Notes under the pieces: model-generated
What the model was told of the DNA's origin: nothing
Seen by the model: only the letters and a program-made list of their open reading frames with translations
The model's database searches: none
Assembly (NCBI GenBank): GCA_964016885.1
Contig: CAXHJY010000183.1
Location: 1-64,000, forward strand
DNA from: Eledone cirrhosa
Taxonomy: Eukaryota
Direction: 5' to 3'
DNA: 64,000 bases
Program-made: the position numbers and the translations under genes
Shown: piece after piece, positions 42,860 through 55,725 of the stretch
Layout: every line of letters begins with the position of its first letter
How positions within the stretch are numbered: position 1 is the stretch's first letter

Positions 42860-45800
42860 GAGGGCCCTTGAGTCTAGTAAGACATCCTCTCTAGTGCTGG
42901 TGGCACAAATAAAAGCACCCAGTCCATGCTGTAAAGTGGCGCTGGTGTTAGGAAGGGCATCCAACCAGTGTATCAATGCCAAAAAGCTTATCAGCACAGC
43001 AACAAAACAGCATAGAAAAATATGAAGACGTCGCATCTCAGAGTTGCAACACTTAATGTTGGCACTCTCAGAGGTAGGTCTGCTGAAATAGCGGAGATGC
43101 TGGAGAGAAGGCAGGTGGATGTGTGCTGCGTGCAAGAGGTGAGATGGAGGGGTGCCTCTGCGAGACTAGTCGTAGGCAAGCGTCTTAGCTATAAGCTATT
43201 CTGGGTAGGTAAGGATGATGGGTTAGGGGGAGTAGGCATTTTCCTGGCTGAGAAATGGATCAATAAGACAATAGAGGTAGTTCGAGTTAGTAATCGAATA
43301 ATTAAGCTTAGATTAGTTGTAGGTAGGAGACTACTGACAATCATCTCGGTCTATGCTCCCCAAGCAGGCCTAGGCAAAGATGAGAAAGACTGCTTTTATG
43401 AGCAACTTTTGCAAACAACCACAATGACAGAGGACGGAGACATCGTTATGCTAGCAGGAGACTTCAATGGTCATGTTGGACAGCTCCAGGATGGTTACAC
43501 TGGGGTACATGGTGGGCACGGTTACGGTTCAAGAAATGAAGAAGGAGTGAGACTTCTTGAATTTTGTGATGCAAGTACATTGACTATTTGCAACACAAAC
43601 TTCCAGAAACCTGCCAATCACCTAATAACCTACAAATCTGGTGAGCACATAAGCCAGATTGACTTCCTGCTAGTTAGGCAGCGGGACAGGCAGATAGTGT
43701 CTAATACCAAGGCATACCCTGGGGAAGAATGTACCCCACAGCATAGGTTAGTTGTTAGTGATATCTCAGTAAGCAAGAGATGGAATGAGACATATAGGAA
43801 GGTGTGGAGAAGAAAGGTCTGGAAGCTAAAAGACCTTTCACTAAAATTCAAATTTAGGAAAGCCCTTCAAGATGTATATGACGAAAAAGAAGACGATTTA
43901 GAGACGTATGACATAGATAATAACTGGAAGTTCTTACGTGACAACTTGCTGAAGGCTACTGATGAAACCTGTGGCTGGAGCAGAGCTCCAACCAGACAGA
44001 GAGTGACCTGGTGGTGGAACAGCAGTGTAGATAAGGCTATTAGAGACAAAAGACTAGCATGGAAGGCTTGGAATAAGGGTGGGAGTAGGGAAGAATATAC
44101 AGCCACTAAGAGAGAAGCTAGACGTCAGGTGTACTTAGCACGCAGGGAGGCAGAGAGTAGGAGGTTTGCCAATGTTCTGCGACGGGAAGATCAGAGGCGT
44201 GCGGTGTTCCACATTGCAAGGCAGTGTGTCAATGCAAATCAGGATGTTGTTGGTGATAAATGTGTCCGGGATGATGCCGGTGTACTTAGTGTCACGAATG
44301 ACCAGAAAAAGGAGGCCTGGAAATGTCATTATGAGAGACTGATGAATGTGGAGAACGAATGGGAGAGAGAGAAATTACCCTTGGTAGATCCGACAGAGGG
44401 ACCAGCTATTGAGATTGACGAATATAGGGTCCAAGAGGCGATTAGGGAAATGAAAAATGGTAAGGCGGCCGGACCATCGGGAATAGTTGCTGAGATGCTG
44501 AAGGCATCAGGGGACGTAGGCACTAAACTGGTTGCACGCATAATCAATCAGGCTATATATGGTGGTGTCATACCCAAAGACTGGTGCAGCAGTATTCTCA
44601 TAAATTGCTACAAAGGTAAAGGGGATGCTTTGGAGAGGAGCAATTATAGGGGTATAAAACTGATAGATCAGGTTATGAAAGTGGCAGAAAGGATTCTAGC
44701 ACAACTAATTAGAGAAAGGGTCAAACTAGATGAGATGCAGTTTGGTTTTGTGCCTGGGAAGAGTACAACAGATGCCCTCTTCTTGGTGAGACAAATGCAA
44801 GAGAGGTTCTTAGAGAAGAATAAGCCACTATACTTAGCCTTTGTTGACCTAGAGAAGGCCTTTGATAGGGTACCCCGATCTGTCATCTGGTGGTCCCTAA
44901 GGAAGCTGGGTGTTGAGGAATGGCTTGTAAGGACAGTGCAAACTTTGTACAGAGGTACTCTCAGTAAAGTCAGGGTAGGAATGGAGTTTAGTGAGGAATT
45001 CCAGATACAAGTAGGAGTACATCAGGGTTCGGTCCTCAGCCCGCTCTTGTTCATTATAGTCCTCCAAGCCATAACAGAGGAGTTTAAGACTGGCTGTCCA
45101 TGGGAACTTCTCTATGCTGACGATCTGGCTCTTATGGCAGAATCAGTAGAGGAGCTAGAGAATAAATTCCGGCTATGGAAACAGCAGTTGGAAGCAAGAG
45201 GACTGAGAGTAAATCTAGCTAAGACAAAAGTGTTGATGAGTAGAAAAGAGGACAAAACCCTGATTCCGTCAGGGAAATGGCCATGTTCGATATGCAGAAA
45301 AGGAACTGGCATAAATTCTATAAAATGCACACAATGTAGGTCCTGGGTACACAAGAGATGTAGCGGGATAGCAGGCAAACTAACAGGTAGGGAGAAATAT
45401 GTATGCAGTAGATGTACAGGGAAATTAGACAGTAGAAGTCGCACTGATAGACACATTTTTCAAATGCGAGAGGGCGCTATAGAAGTGGTGGATAGCTTCC
45501 GGTACCTAGGAGATCAGATTAGCATGGGAGGAGGGTGTTCCGAGGCCATAGTATCTAGAATAAGGACGGGTTGGAAGAAGTTTAGGGAGCTGCTTCCTCT
45601 GTTGACGAAGAAGGATTTCTCCCTGCGTACGAAAGGCCGGTTGTATGATGCCTGTGTGAGGAGCGCGATGCTGCATGGTAGTGAGACATGGGCAGCTACC
45701 GCAGAAGATATGCGACGGCTGGAGAGAAATGAGGCAAGCATGCTCCGTTGGATGTGCAGTGTAAATGTGCGTGAACGACCCAGCATAAATGTGTTGAGAG

Positions 45801-46118
45801 AGAAACTGTGTCTGAGAGGGATAGAATGTAGTGTACGGGAGAGGAGACTGAGGTGGTATGGACATGTGATGCGCATGGAGGATGACCGATGGGTGAAGAA
45901 GTGCCAGGAAATGCCAGTTGAAGGAAGACGTGGTAGAGGTAGACCACGAAAAACATGGGCGGAGGTGGTGAGAACAGACCTCAGATCATTGAAGCTCACG
46001 GTGGAGATGACGAGGGACCGTGACGAGTGGAGAGATGCTGTGCTGAATAAGACCCGTCCCACCCTTGCAAGCAGGGAAAAGCGGACGTAAAATGATGATG
46101 ATGATGATGATGATGATG
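42860..46118 (+). mobile_element. Full-length RTE-clade LINE (5' boundary approximate)
   Basis: Single APE-RT ORF whose stop abuts the (GAT)n tail; no TSD identified. Confidence 0.93.
43022..46090 (+). CDS. RTE LINE ORF: AP endonuclease + reverse transcriptase + PHD-like finger, 1022 aa, apparently intact
   Basis: ATLNVG, VQEVRW, YAPQ, GDFNGH, IDF, QHRLV (APE); NYRGIKL, QFGF, AFVDLEKAFD, VHQGSVLSPLLF, YADD, YLG (RT). Confidence 0.96.
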   Translation: MKTSHLRVATLNVGTLRGRSAEIAEMLERRQVDVCCVQEVRWRGASARLVVGKRLSYKLFWVGKDDGLGGVGIFLAEKWINKTIEVVRVSNRIIKLRLVVGRRLLTIISVYAPQAGLGKDEKDCFYEQLLQTTTMTEDGDIVMLAGDFNGHVGQLQDGYTGVHGGHGYGSRNEEGVRLLEFCDASTLTICNTNFQKPANHLITYKSGEHISQIDFLLVRQRDRQIVSNTKAYPGEECTPQHRLVVSDISVSKRWNETYRKVWRRKVWKLKDLSLKFKFRKALQDVYDEKEDDLETYDIDNNWKFLRDNLLKATDETCGWSRAPTRQRVTWWWNSSVDKAIRDKRLAWKAWNKGGSREEYTATKREARRQVYLARREAESRRFANVLRREDQRRAVFHIARQCVNANQDVVGDKCVRDDAGVLSVTNDQKKEAWKCHYERLMNVENEWEREKLPLVDPTEGPAIEIDEYRVQEAIREMKNGKAAGPSGIVAEMLKASGDVGTKLVARIINQAIYGGVIPKDWCSSILINCYKGKGDALERSNYRGIKLIDQVMKVAERILAQLIRERVKLDEMQFGFVPGKSTTDALFLVRQMQERFLEKNKPLYLAFVDLEKAFDRVPRSVIWWSLRKLGVEEWLVRTVQTLYRGTLSKVRVGMEFSEEFQIQVGVHQGSVLSPLLFIIVLQAITEEFKTGCPWELLYADDLALMAESVEELENKFRLWKQQLEARGLRVNLAKTKVLMSRKEDKTLIPSGKWPCSICRKGTGINSIKCTQCRSWVHKRCSGIAGKLTGREKYVCSRCTGKLDSRSRTDRHIFQMREGAIEVVDSFRYLGDQISMGGGCSEAIVSRIRTGWKKFRELLPLLTKKDFSLRTKGRLYDACVRSAMLHGSETWAATAEDMRRLERNEASMLRWMCSVNVRERPSINVLREKLCLRGIECSVRERRLRWYGHVMRMEDDRWVKKCQEMPVEGRRGRGRPRKTWAEVVRTDLRSLKLTVEMTRDRDEWRDAVLNKTRPTLASREKRT

Positions 46119-47149
46119 AGTGTGCATATCATTTGATTGTTTAAATACATTTAATTTTCGGGGTTTTTTGTATTTTTAAATTATATAGCTTATATATTTG
46201 ACACTTATATGGGCTCGTAAACCATTCATTTATTTATTTTGAATCTGTGTTTTATGATTCAAGCAGTTTGATTTATATTTTTATAGTATGTCTTACATGA
46301 TCCTAGTTGACTAATTTTTTCCACTTAACTTAATGTAAAACTTTATTTATAACACTAACAGTAATTATATTTATTATATTATATATAACTGACTAATATC
46401 GTTTTAAACTTTAAACAGTATACTATTTGTATAAATTTAGACAAATGCGTATATCTAGTTTAATAATATCCTTTTTAAGTACATTTATGGCTTTTGGATA
46501 CTTAAGGGCATTCTAATTTTAACTTTATAATTGTAATTATTTTCTAAATTATATAATGATTATTTTAATATAATTTTTTTATATAATTTTTTAGTATAAT
46601 TTAATTTGGATTACCTTCGGGTTGATGAAAATCTTAAGTCTTTTCTTTCTCATGTTTGCAAATACTTTAAATATGATATTATACTATAATATAAATCCTT
46701 ATAAATTTTATAGTCAGAAATCTTATGCCATTAGATTAATTCACTATTTCTAACTAACATAAGGATTCGAAATTTAATGGTCATCCGGATGCGCCGGGAT
46801 ATATATATTTGATTAATTGACTATTTCTAATTAACTTAAGGATTCGAAAATAAACCGTCATATAACTACACCCAGATATATATTTGATGTTTTGATTAAT
46901 TGACTATTTCTAAATATTTTAAGGATTCGAAAATAATCATTCACCAAGCTATGCCCAAATATATATTTATATATATATATTTACCTCATCTAATTATACG
47001 CTGTTTATCCACGTCAATACAAGTCTCCCTCCCTGTGTTTTATACTATAAAACTTATTTTTTCTCCTCTTCTCTCTATCCTTAATCAATTTTCTTTTGCT
47101 TTCGTGCATATGATAATTCTATATCTCTACTCATTCTCTCTTTCCTCAT

Positions 47150-47617
47150 CTGTTTCTCTCTCTGTCTTTCACTTCCTCTTTCTACAATAATATGTTATCC
47201 AAATTATTTAAATTTCTAACAGTTATGTAGGTTTATATTATATTAGTAGTTGTTTATTATTATGTATCTCACACGCACCCTCTGTATTATATCTATTTTT
47301 TCATGTCTCAATCTTAAGGTATATAAATATTGAGTTTTGTCATAACTAATTCACTGCCATGACTGAATTTTAACCATCAACTTAGTCAAGGTATGTCAAG
47401 AATCAACTTATTTTATCAGATGAGGACGTACTGTGGAAAATAGCTCAGTACCTCTGAAATATGTATAATAAAATATACTTGATCACATGAATGTCTATAT
47501 TTGTTAATATTTTGAATAATATTAATAACTCCGGAAAACCATTTCTGTGGAGTGCTTCTAATCTATTGTGAAACTTTATTCATTGATTTATTCATTGAAC
47601 CTTGTTTAACCTTTAAT

Positions 47618-47620
<3 letters not shown>
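47150..47620 (+). mobile_element. Second PLE-like pLTR copy with mutated hammerhead (47410-47474)
   Basis: ATTTTAT-CAGATGA-GGACGTACTG..CAGTACCTCT-GAAATATGTATA^ATAAAAT; core U4 changed to A. Confidence 0.65.
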
Positions 47621-47676
<56 letters not shown>

Positions 47677-48699
47677 AGACCATTTTGAGCCAAGTACTCA
47701 ATATTTTTGTCATATTTCAAGTATGATTAACGGAAAAACTTACAAACATCAACTACCAGCTAAATAACAGAGCCTTATTCTTTGCCCATTTATTTGAGAG
47801 GGTTGTGGGAGCAAAGTCCTCAAAAACTCCTTCCAGCAAGTCATGTCAGAAGCAACCATTTTCAAAGGGGACAAGCTGAACTCATGGATATGATCCAACC
47901 ATCTTGCTTGGAGGTCTACACCTGGGTCTCCTGCTGGTTGGTTTTGCACATAAAATCTGTCCACCAATTCTTTCCTGAGATATTCTATCAAAATGCCCAT
48001 AGTATCAGGACAACCAATCTAACCCATGCTAGCGTGGAAAATGGATGTTAAACGATGATGATGATGATTTATAAGCAAAATATATGTTTCTGATTTAGGC
48101 ACAAGGCCAATAATTTTGGGGAGGGAAAAGTCAAATAAATTGACTCCAGTACATTATTGGTGCTTTATTTTATCAACTCCTATAAGGATAAAAGTCAATG
48201 TTAACCATGGCACAATTTGAACTCAGAACATAACTCTAAGCCATGAAGCATAGTGTCCAACACTCTACTGATACTGCCAATCAACCAGCCATTTAAAGCA
48301 AAATATAAATGATTTGTTATATCTTATTAGGAGACACCGCAAAAGATACTTTTAAAATGTTAAAGAGCTAAAATAGCACAGCTGCACCAAATCTAAAATT
48401 CACACATTAAACATTTGATCATATGAATGTGTGACACCAGTGATAGAAGTAGATATAGGCTGTGTGGGTAAGGGGTTCACTTCACAACCATGTGATTTTA
48501 AGTTCAGTCACACAACATGACACCTTGGGCAAATATCTACTACTATAGCCTGGTTGTGCAATATTTTAGGAGCCATATTTGGTAGACAAAAACAGTGTGG
48601 AGACCAAGCGTGTGTGTGTGTGTATGTGTGCGCGTACTTCTGCCTCTGACTATATATTAGTTTACTATTGTTCCATAGCTCAGAGATTAATAAAATTAC

Positions 48700-49140
48700 T
48701 ATAAGGTAAATATGATCAACAGACTCTCTACGAGGTAATATTAGGGCTAGAAGAAGCCGGTGACAGAGGTCAACCTGGAGGAGAAGAATATGAAAGTTAA
48801 AGGATCCATCAGCCAGTAACAATTTCAGAAGTATGTTGCTCAACGCTTTCAACATTAAGGAAGAGCAAATACAATATAGAGGAGCAGTGGGAGTTCCTGA
48901 AAGATAACCTACTGAAGGCAACAAACGAAATCTGTGCTTGGAGCAGACCTCTAGGGAGCAGTAGAGTGACTTGGTGGTGGAATAGTAGGGAAGATGAGAT
49001 AATTAAGGCCAAAAGACAGGCATGGAAATAATGGCAGAATTAGGGAAGTAAAGAAGTCTACTAGAATGCTAGGAGAGAAGCTAGATAACAAGTATACTTT
49101 GCAACAAGGGAAGCAGAAAATAAAACACACAAGAAACTTC
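48700..49140 (+). mobile_element. Decayed internal RTE fragment
   Basis: RRRI*KLKDP, W.FLKDNLLKATNEIC.WSR..RVTWWWNS remnants homologous to the 59-62 kb ORF. Confidence 0.75.
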
Positions 49141-49511
49141 CTGAGATGCACTCTCATATGAGGTCAGCTAAATCTACAAGATTGGGAGGATTTTTTTTTT
49201 CTTTACCAAATTACAAGCTTGTTCTTATGATTGTCAAGTAATGTAATAATTTAGCTTTATCAACAGTCTTCAATTCAATTTATTTACATGTTGTATTTCA
49301 TTAAGGATCAGATGTATAAATAACAAGTATGTCAAGTTTATTTCAGTTCTGCACATATGATCAGTATGATATTTAATATTTCTCATAATTTTTAAATGTG
49401 TTTTTAATTTAAGCTATTGTGTTGTTATTTTTTCCAAAGCCAGTTTAATAGTAATCCAATAGCTTGGTAATACATAGCAACTATTCATTGTTTTTTCCCC
49501 ATCATTAGAAA

Positions 49512-49693
49512 TAATTGTTTCTACTTTAGGCACAAGGCCAGCAATTACCCAGTGCATTACTGGTACTTTATTTTATCGACCCCATAAGGATGAAAGGCAA
49601 AGTCAACCTCGGCGGGATTTGAACTCAGATCGTAAAGGGACGTAACTATGCTGGAAAGCATGGCGTCCGACCCTCTACCGATACTGCCAATCC
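49512..49693 (-). mobile_element. SINE family A
   Basis: TSD TAGAAATAAT; near-identical inverted partner at 50004. Confidence 0.88.
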
Positions 49694-50003
49694 ATAGAAA
49701 TAATCTGAGATAATTATGTAAGATAAAACCTTTACCACAAAAATACAATAATATATATAGAGTAACATAAATGCTAAACGTTAATTTGGGTTTGACCCAT
49801 ACTAAACTAAAATTTTCTTCTCGAATATCATTATGCAGGAATGTATCACTATATATGGGTTGTTTCAAGATATTTTTACAACCCATATATAGTGATTCAG
49901 ATTGGTGGAACAGAAGAGAGCAATATGGATCTCACACAATCTCAATAAGTGCTATATCATTTCATATATATAGTTTTCTTTCATTATTTAAATGAAATGA
50001 ATA

Positions 50004-50193
50004 GGGCGGTGGATTGGCAGTATCGGTAGAGGGTCGGACGCCATGCTTCCCAGCATAGTTACGTCCCTTTACGATCTGAGTTCAAATCCCGCCGAGGTTG
50101 ACTTTGCCTTTCATCCTTACGGGGTCGATAAAATAAAGTACCAGTAATGCACTGGATAATTGCTGGCCTTGTGCCTAAAGTAGAAACAATTAT
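50004..50193 (+). mobile_element. SINE family A, full length
   Basis: Same head, core and tail. Confidence 0.88.
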
Positions 50194-50892
50194 TTAAAAA
50201 TATATACCATTTTACAATGTAGCATTTTTTAAATAGCATTTTTTAAAATATAATTTTCATTAATTCTGAAATGGGGTGGAATGAAGAAACATTTAATATT
50301 TTGATATCAAGCATTTTAAATATAATATTGTTTTTCAATATATCATTTTCTATTGCTTCTTTTTTAAGTATATATCATTCTATTATTTTAATATATATCA
50401 CAATGTGCTGGTACATATCTGTTTTATTGTTTTTTTTTGTATATATTTCATTTTTTTTAATTGGCAATTGGTGCAGGCAACAAGTGTTTTCTTGTTTCTA
50501 ATACATAATACTTTTCTAAAATAAAAAAGAATTAAATGCAAAATAAAAATTATGAAGCTTTCAATTTTCTACTTATCAATTTAAACTTTCAAATTTCTAA
50601 ATTTTGATTTTATGCAGAAAATATGCAGAGCTTGGAGAGAATTGAATCAAGCATGCTTCACTGGATGTGTAATTATGTATGAATGTGTATGAATGACATA
50701 GTCGAAATGAGCAGAAAGAAAAGTTGAAAATATGAGAAATTAGATGCAGTTTACAAGAGAGAAGCTTGCACTGATATGAACATATGGTGCATATGGATGA
50801 TGATTGTTGTTGTATGAAGAAGAGCCAAGATGATTCCAGTGGAATGAAGATGTATAAAAGGAAGACTGAGGAAAATCTAGTCAGAAATGGTG

Positions 50893-51235
50893 TCATCATC
50901 ATCATCATCATTTTATGTCCGTTTTTCCCTGCTTGCAAGGGTGGAACGGGAACTGATTCTGGCTTGATTTCTACAGCTGGATGCCCTTCCTAACACCAAC
51001 CTCATTTACAGTGAGTACTGGGTGCTTTTTTGCCGTGGCACCGCCACGACCACTTTGCAGTGGAATGATATGGACCCCAGTCCCTATCATCTCATTTCTA
51101 CAGCTGAGTAAACTGGAGCAATGTGAAATAAAGTGTCTTGCTCAAGGAAACAACACATCACCCGTTTTAAAAATTGAACTCACAACCTTTCAATTGCAAG
51201 GCCAATGCTCTAACTACTAAGCCATGTGCCTCCAT
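50893..51235 (-). mobile_element. SINE family B, full length, inserted in a decayed RTE 3' fragment (50600-50890)
   Basis: Near-identical to 39396-39733. Confidence 0.88.
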
Positions 51236-52769
51236 CTAAGAATTAATTAAATCTATGTACAGACTTATAGGTAACAATTTGAAGATAAGTTGATCCAATT
51301 AAAATATAAAATATAAACTAAAAAGAAAAAGAAATTGAGTGAGAACACACAAGATTATTTTAAAACATTAGCTAGTTTTATAGCTATCTGTTGCATGACA
51401 GTTTTCATTATATACGGTGCTTTAAAATTTGTTAAATCAGCAACACTAGTATGCTTTTATATACGTACATACTCACATACACATTATCATAATCAGCATA
51501 ATTTATGTTCATTTTCTACGCTTGTATGGGTTAGACAGGTTATCACGTTATAAGACACGTTAGGTCAGGTGACCACATCATGCTCATATGGATCTGTATT
51601 TTGGCTTGGTTTCTATGGCCAGATGCCCTTCCTTACATCAACCATGTTACATTGTGGACTGAGTGCTTTTTATTGTGGTACCAAAACAACCACCTTACAG
51701 GATGGAATGGGTGCATATATATGTATATTAAGGAGTGCGCTAGTATGATAAAGTTATAGCTGTGTACATATAGAGAGGGTAACTGAGACTGCACCAATGT
51801 GTATATAAATAGACACATATCTAACATGTAGGCAGGTAAACATGCCAGAAAATACAAATTTCCACTTTGGCTGCTAGCACATTTCGTAATATATGTCTTA
51901 ATTAATTATGGAGACAAGTGCTAATTATATGCAAATTAGTACATCCATTTCAGAATAATACTAAGAGAAAATAGATATATATATACCCATCAAATACATG
52001 GTCCCTTATGGTTGTTTAGTTGATATCCACACTTTCTAATGAGGGTACAATTAGATCCAAAAATCAATGAAAGGTGTTTATCATTTATTCAATTTACAAT
52101 TTATGTATTTTCTTGCATGTTCACATATTAGATATGTGTATATATTTATATATGCAGTCTATGTATACAGATATGACTTTGTGTGTGTGGAGATGGATTG
52201 ACATGTATCGTGGTGTGTATAAGAGGTGAGAAGGAAGGGAGCGTCAATCAGTAGAAGGAAGCAGCAGTAAAGGAAGACCAAGGAAGACGGGGGCAGAGGT
52301 GGTTAACGCTGATCTCGAAACACTGAACTTCACAGAAGAGATGATAAAGGAATGAAATGACTAGAGTCAGACATGTTGGAAAGGATGGAAAACAACTGTA
52401 AAATGGTTATGATGAATATGATATGTGTGTATCTGAGTGCATGTGTGCATATACACATATGTATATACATTCCTACTCATTCACATGTGAAAATCCACAT
52501 ATGTCTACATGTGTGCCCATTAAGTAAATAAACTATTTTGACAAACTTTGTAAAGAAGGAAAGATATATATGTGAGTGCATGTGATGATGAAACACACAT
52601 TCACACACACAAATACAAATATATATATAGTCCTGTAGAAGCCATTTTTATAATAAATATATATATATACACACACATAAATATACACATATATATACAT
52701 ATATACATACATACTATTTCTTTAAATGTGATAAATCTTTGAATATTAGTTTTGCTTTCCCTGTTTTAA

Positions 52770-52990
52770 CCCTTTAGCATTTACATTACTCTATATTTAC
52801 TATTATATTTTCATGGTAAAGGCTTTACCTCATATAATTATCTCACATAATATTGAATCTACGAGATTTTAATGCTATTTATTTTGAGAGCAATACCTTA
52901 ACATCAGTATGAGTGACAGGTTACAACCAGTTGGAACAGAAAGAGGTAAGAGAATTCTGGCCAGATATGGCCAGTTTAAATGCTAAAGGG
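52770..52990. mobile_element. piggyBac-like MITE
   Basis: TTAA|CCCTTTAGCATTTA ... TAAATGCTAAAGGG|TTAA perfect TIRs. Confidence 0.85.
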
Positions 52991-53947
52991 TTAATAATAT
53001 TTAGTACAGTTTGTTGCAGTTTACCCATGTAATATATTAAACTGAACAAAATGGAATTTATCAAATGTGAAAAGCGAATTTACTAACAGTAAAAACGGAT
53101 TTACGGAAAATTTGAAACAGAAAATCTTGTACTAAACCACTATCATATGTGATGTAAAAAATAGTAGCATAGCAATATAACCAAGGAAAATTATATCCCA
53201 TCCATATCATCTCACTTTTGGCATGCTGTACCAATCAACCAGAATATAATGGCTCTTTTCAGTCTTTGAGTTTATGACCTCTTGTATACATGTATGTCTG
53301 TGTGGATTTATTTCCAGAGATTGACTGAGATGATAGTGCTGTCCAATTTTCCATTAACTTTGCCCTATGTGCTCCCCCTCCTTTGCATATTATATATATT
53401 TATATATATATACACACAAACACACACACATATGCACCACACTGCATATAACATATGTATGAACACAGATGTACATACACATATAGACATGCATATATGA
53501 ATATTTGTGTGTACATAGACACATACACAAACAAGATATACACAAGACCTGTATTACAAAAATTACCATATTTCTAAGCCATTGAAATACAAAAATATAT
53601 ATTTCTTTTAATATCTTTCCCTAAGTAGTAGAATTTTTTGTTTGTTTTTAAATATTCATAGAAACAGGACTAAGAGCAGAAGATTACATTTACCAAAACA
53701 GAAGGGGAAGGTATAAAGAACAATAAAAACAATAGCATAGGCAGCAAAGTGAATGTGTTAATGAAACAACTACAACACAAATGGATGAATATAACAACAC
53801 AATAGAGAACTGTATGGGAGTGAGTGCAAGAGAATGAGTGAGGGACTGGGGAGGAGGTGAGAGACAATGGCAGGAGTGAGTGTGATTCGATGTGCAGGGG
53901 GAGGGGATATATATAATGCTATGTAGCCTGTAGTCGAAAATGCATTC

Positions 53948-53986
<39 letters not shown>

Positions 53987-55112
53987 GTTTCCATTGTCTG
54001 TGTAAGGTGTTGTAATTCTGAAGGGCAGGTAATATATGATACCTATAACTATTAGTAGCATTGAAGATATTACTACTTCATGCTTCACATACACTACCAC
54101 TGAAAATATCTGAATATTGCCACCAATTATGATACTGTTACAAAGTTTACTACACACACATACAATCCTCATCAGGATAATTTAATATCGGTTTTCATTG
54201 CTAGTAAGGTTTGGATGAGTTTACATAGACCAAGTCAGTACTGAAGAGTGGCTACTGACCTCCCAGGGAGGCTGGGGATCCTGCTTACGCATGGTCATAT
54301 TGAGTGCAGAGGAGAAGTTTTCATGTCTTTTGACACAAATTTCAGTTCAACACATATGAGCAGTATAATATTTCTAATAACCCATCATTAATTGCCTAGG
54401 AGCAGTGTTCGTATGTTATATCTGTCTTAATGATGACAGAGAAAAATATTTGTAAATTTCTGATATCAGAAATACTGAACTTCAACAGAGATATGAGACA
54501 CTGCTAAGTTCAGTGAGTGACACATTGAATTAAAGTAACTGATGGAATTTCAATTTTAAGCTTGGGGTATACACCACTGTTAATTCTATACAAGACATTA
54601 ACAAAATCAGCACCAACAGCTTCAAATTTCTTTCTTTATTAATTTGGGTTTGAGCTATATTTCACTAAAATATATTATAGTTATCTCAAGCATTTTCCTG
54701 GACTAAACTAAAATTTTCTTCTCCAATATCAATATCATTATCATTATGCAGGAATGTATCACTATATATGTGTTGTTTCAAGAGATTTTTACAACCAATC
54801 GACAATTTGTAATTCAGATTGGTGGAATAGAGGAGAGCAATATGGATCTCACACAATCTCAATATATATATTGGTGTCACAATAAAAAAGCACCCAGTCC
54901 ACACTGTAATGTGTTGGCATTGGGAAGGGCATTCAGCCATAGAAATCAAATCAAAATACAGATGTGCATGATCAAGATGAGGTCACCTGACCTGACTAAA
55001 TTCATATCAAGACAACCCATCTAACCCATGCAAGAGTGGAAAATCGGATGTTAAACAGTGATGATGATATATACACATAGGAATATACTATATATAAATA
55101 TATATATATATG

Positions 55113-55150
<38 letters not shown>

Positions 55151-55189
55151 TTAGTCTTCAAATTTATCATCATTACTATATATATATCA

Positions 55190-55510
55190 TCATTTCATTC
55201 ATCATTTTATTTTACACCCGCTTTTTCCCTGCTTGCAAGGGTGGGACGGGAACTGATTTTGGCTTGATTTCTACAGCTGGATGCCCTTTCTAACACCAAC
55301 CTCATTTACAGTGAGTGCTGGGTGCTTTTTTGCCGTGGAATGATATGGACCCCAGTCCCTATCATCTCATTTCTACAGTTGAGTAAACTGGAGCAATGTG
55401 AAATAAAGTGTCTTGCTCAAGGAAACAACACATCACCCAGTCTGAGAATTGAACTCACAACCTTTCGATTGCAAGGCCAATGCTCTAACCACTAAGCCAT
55501 GTGCCTCCAT
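55190..55510 (-). mobile_element. SINE family B with small internal deletion
   Basis: Matches 39396-39733. Confidence 0.85.
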
Positions 55511-55725
55511 ATATATATACACACACACATATATATATATACATAAATACATACATATGTGTGTGAGTGCATGCACATATACAGAGTTTCCTCCCAAATT
55601 CATCATTATCAACATCAATCTTAAATTTATCATCAGTGTCAATGACATCATCACTCACAGATATAATCTTTGAAAGAAAGGATGTTAGTAAATTTACAAG
55701 AAAAAGAGACATTGATATGTATATA

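Noticed and set aside
42156-43135. Asn/Thr/Val/Ser-Lys-rich ORFs
   Set aside because: Simple repeats and antisense of the RTE
53770-53930. Pro/Leu-rich ORF after a CAG acceptor-like site
   Set aside because: Poor pyrimidine tract and no recognisable homology
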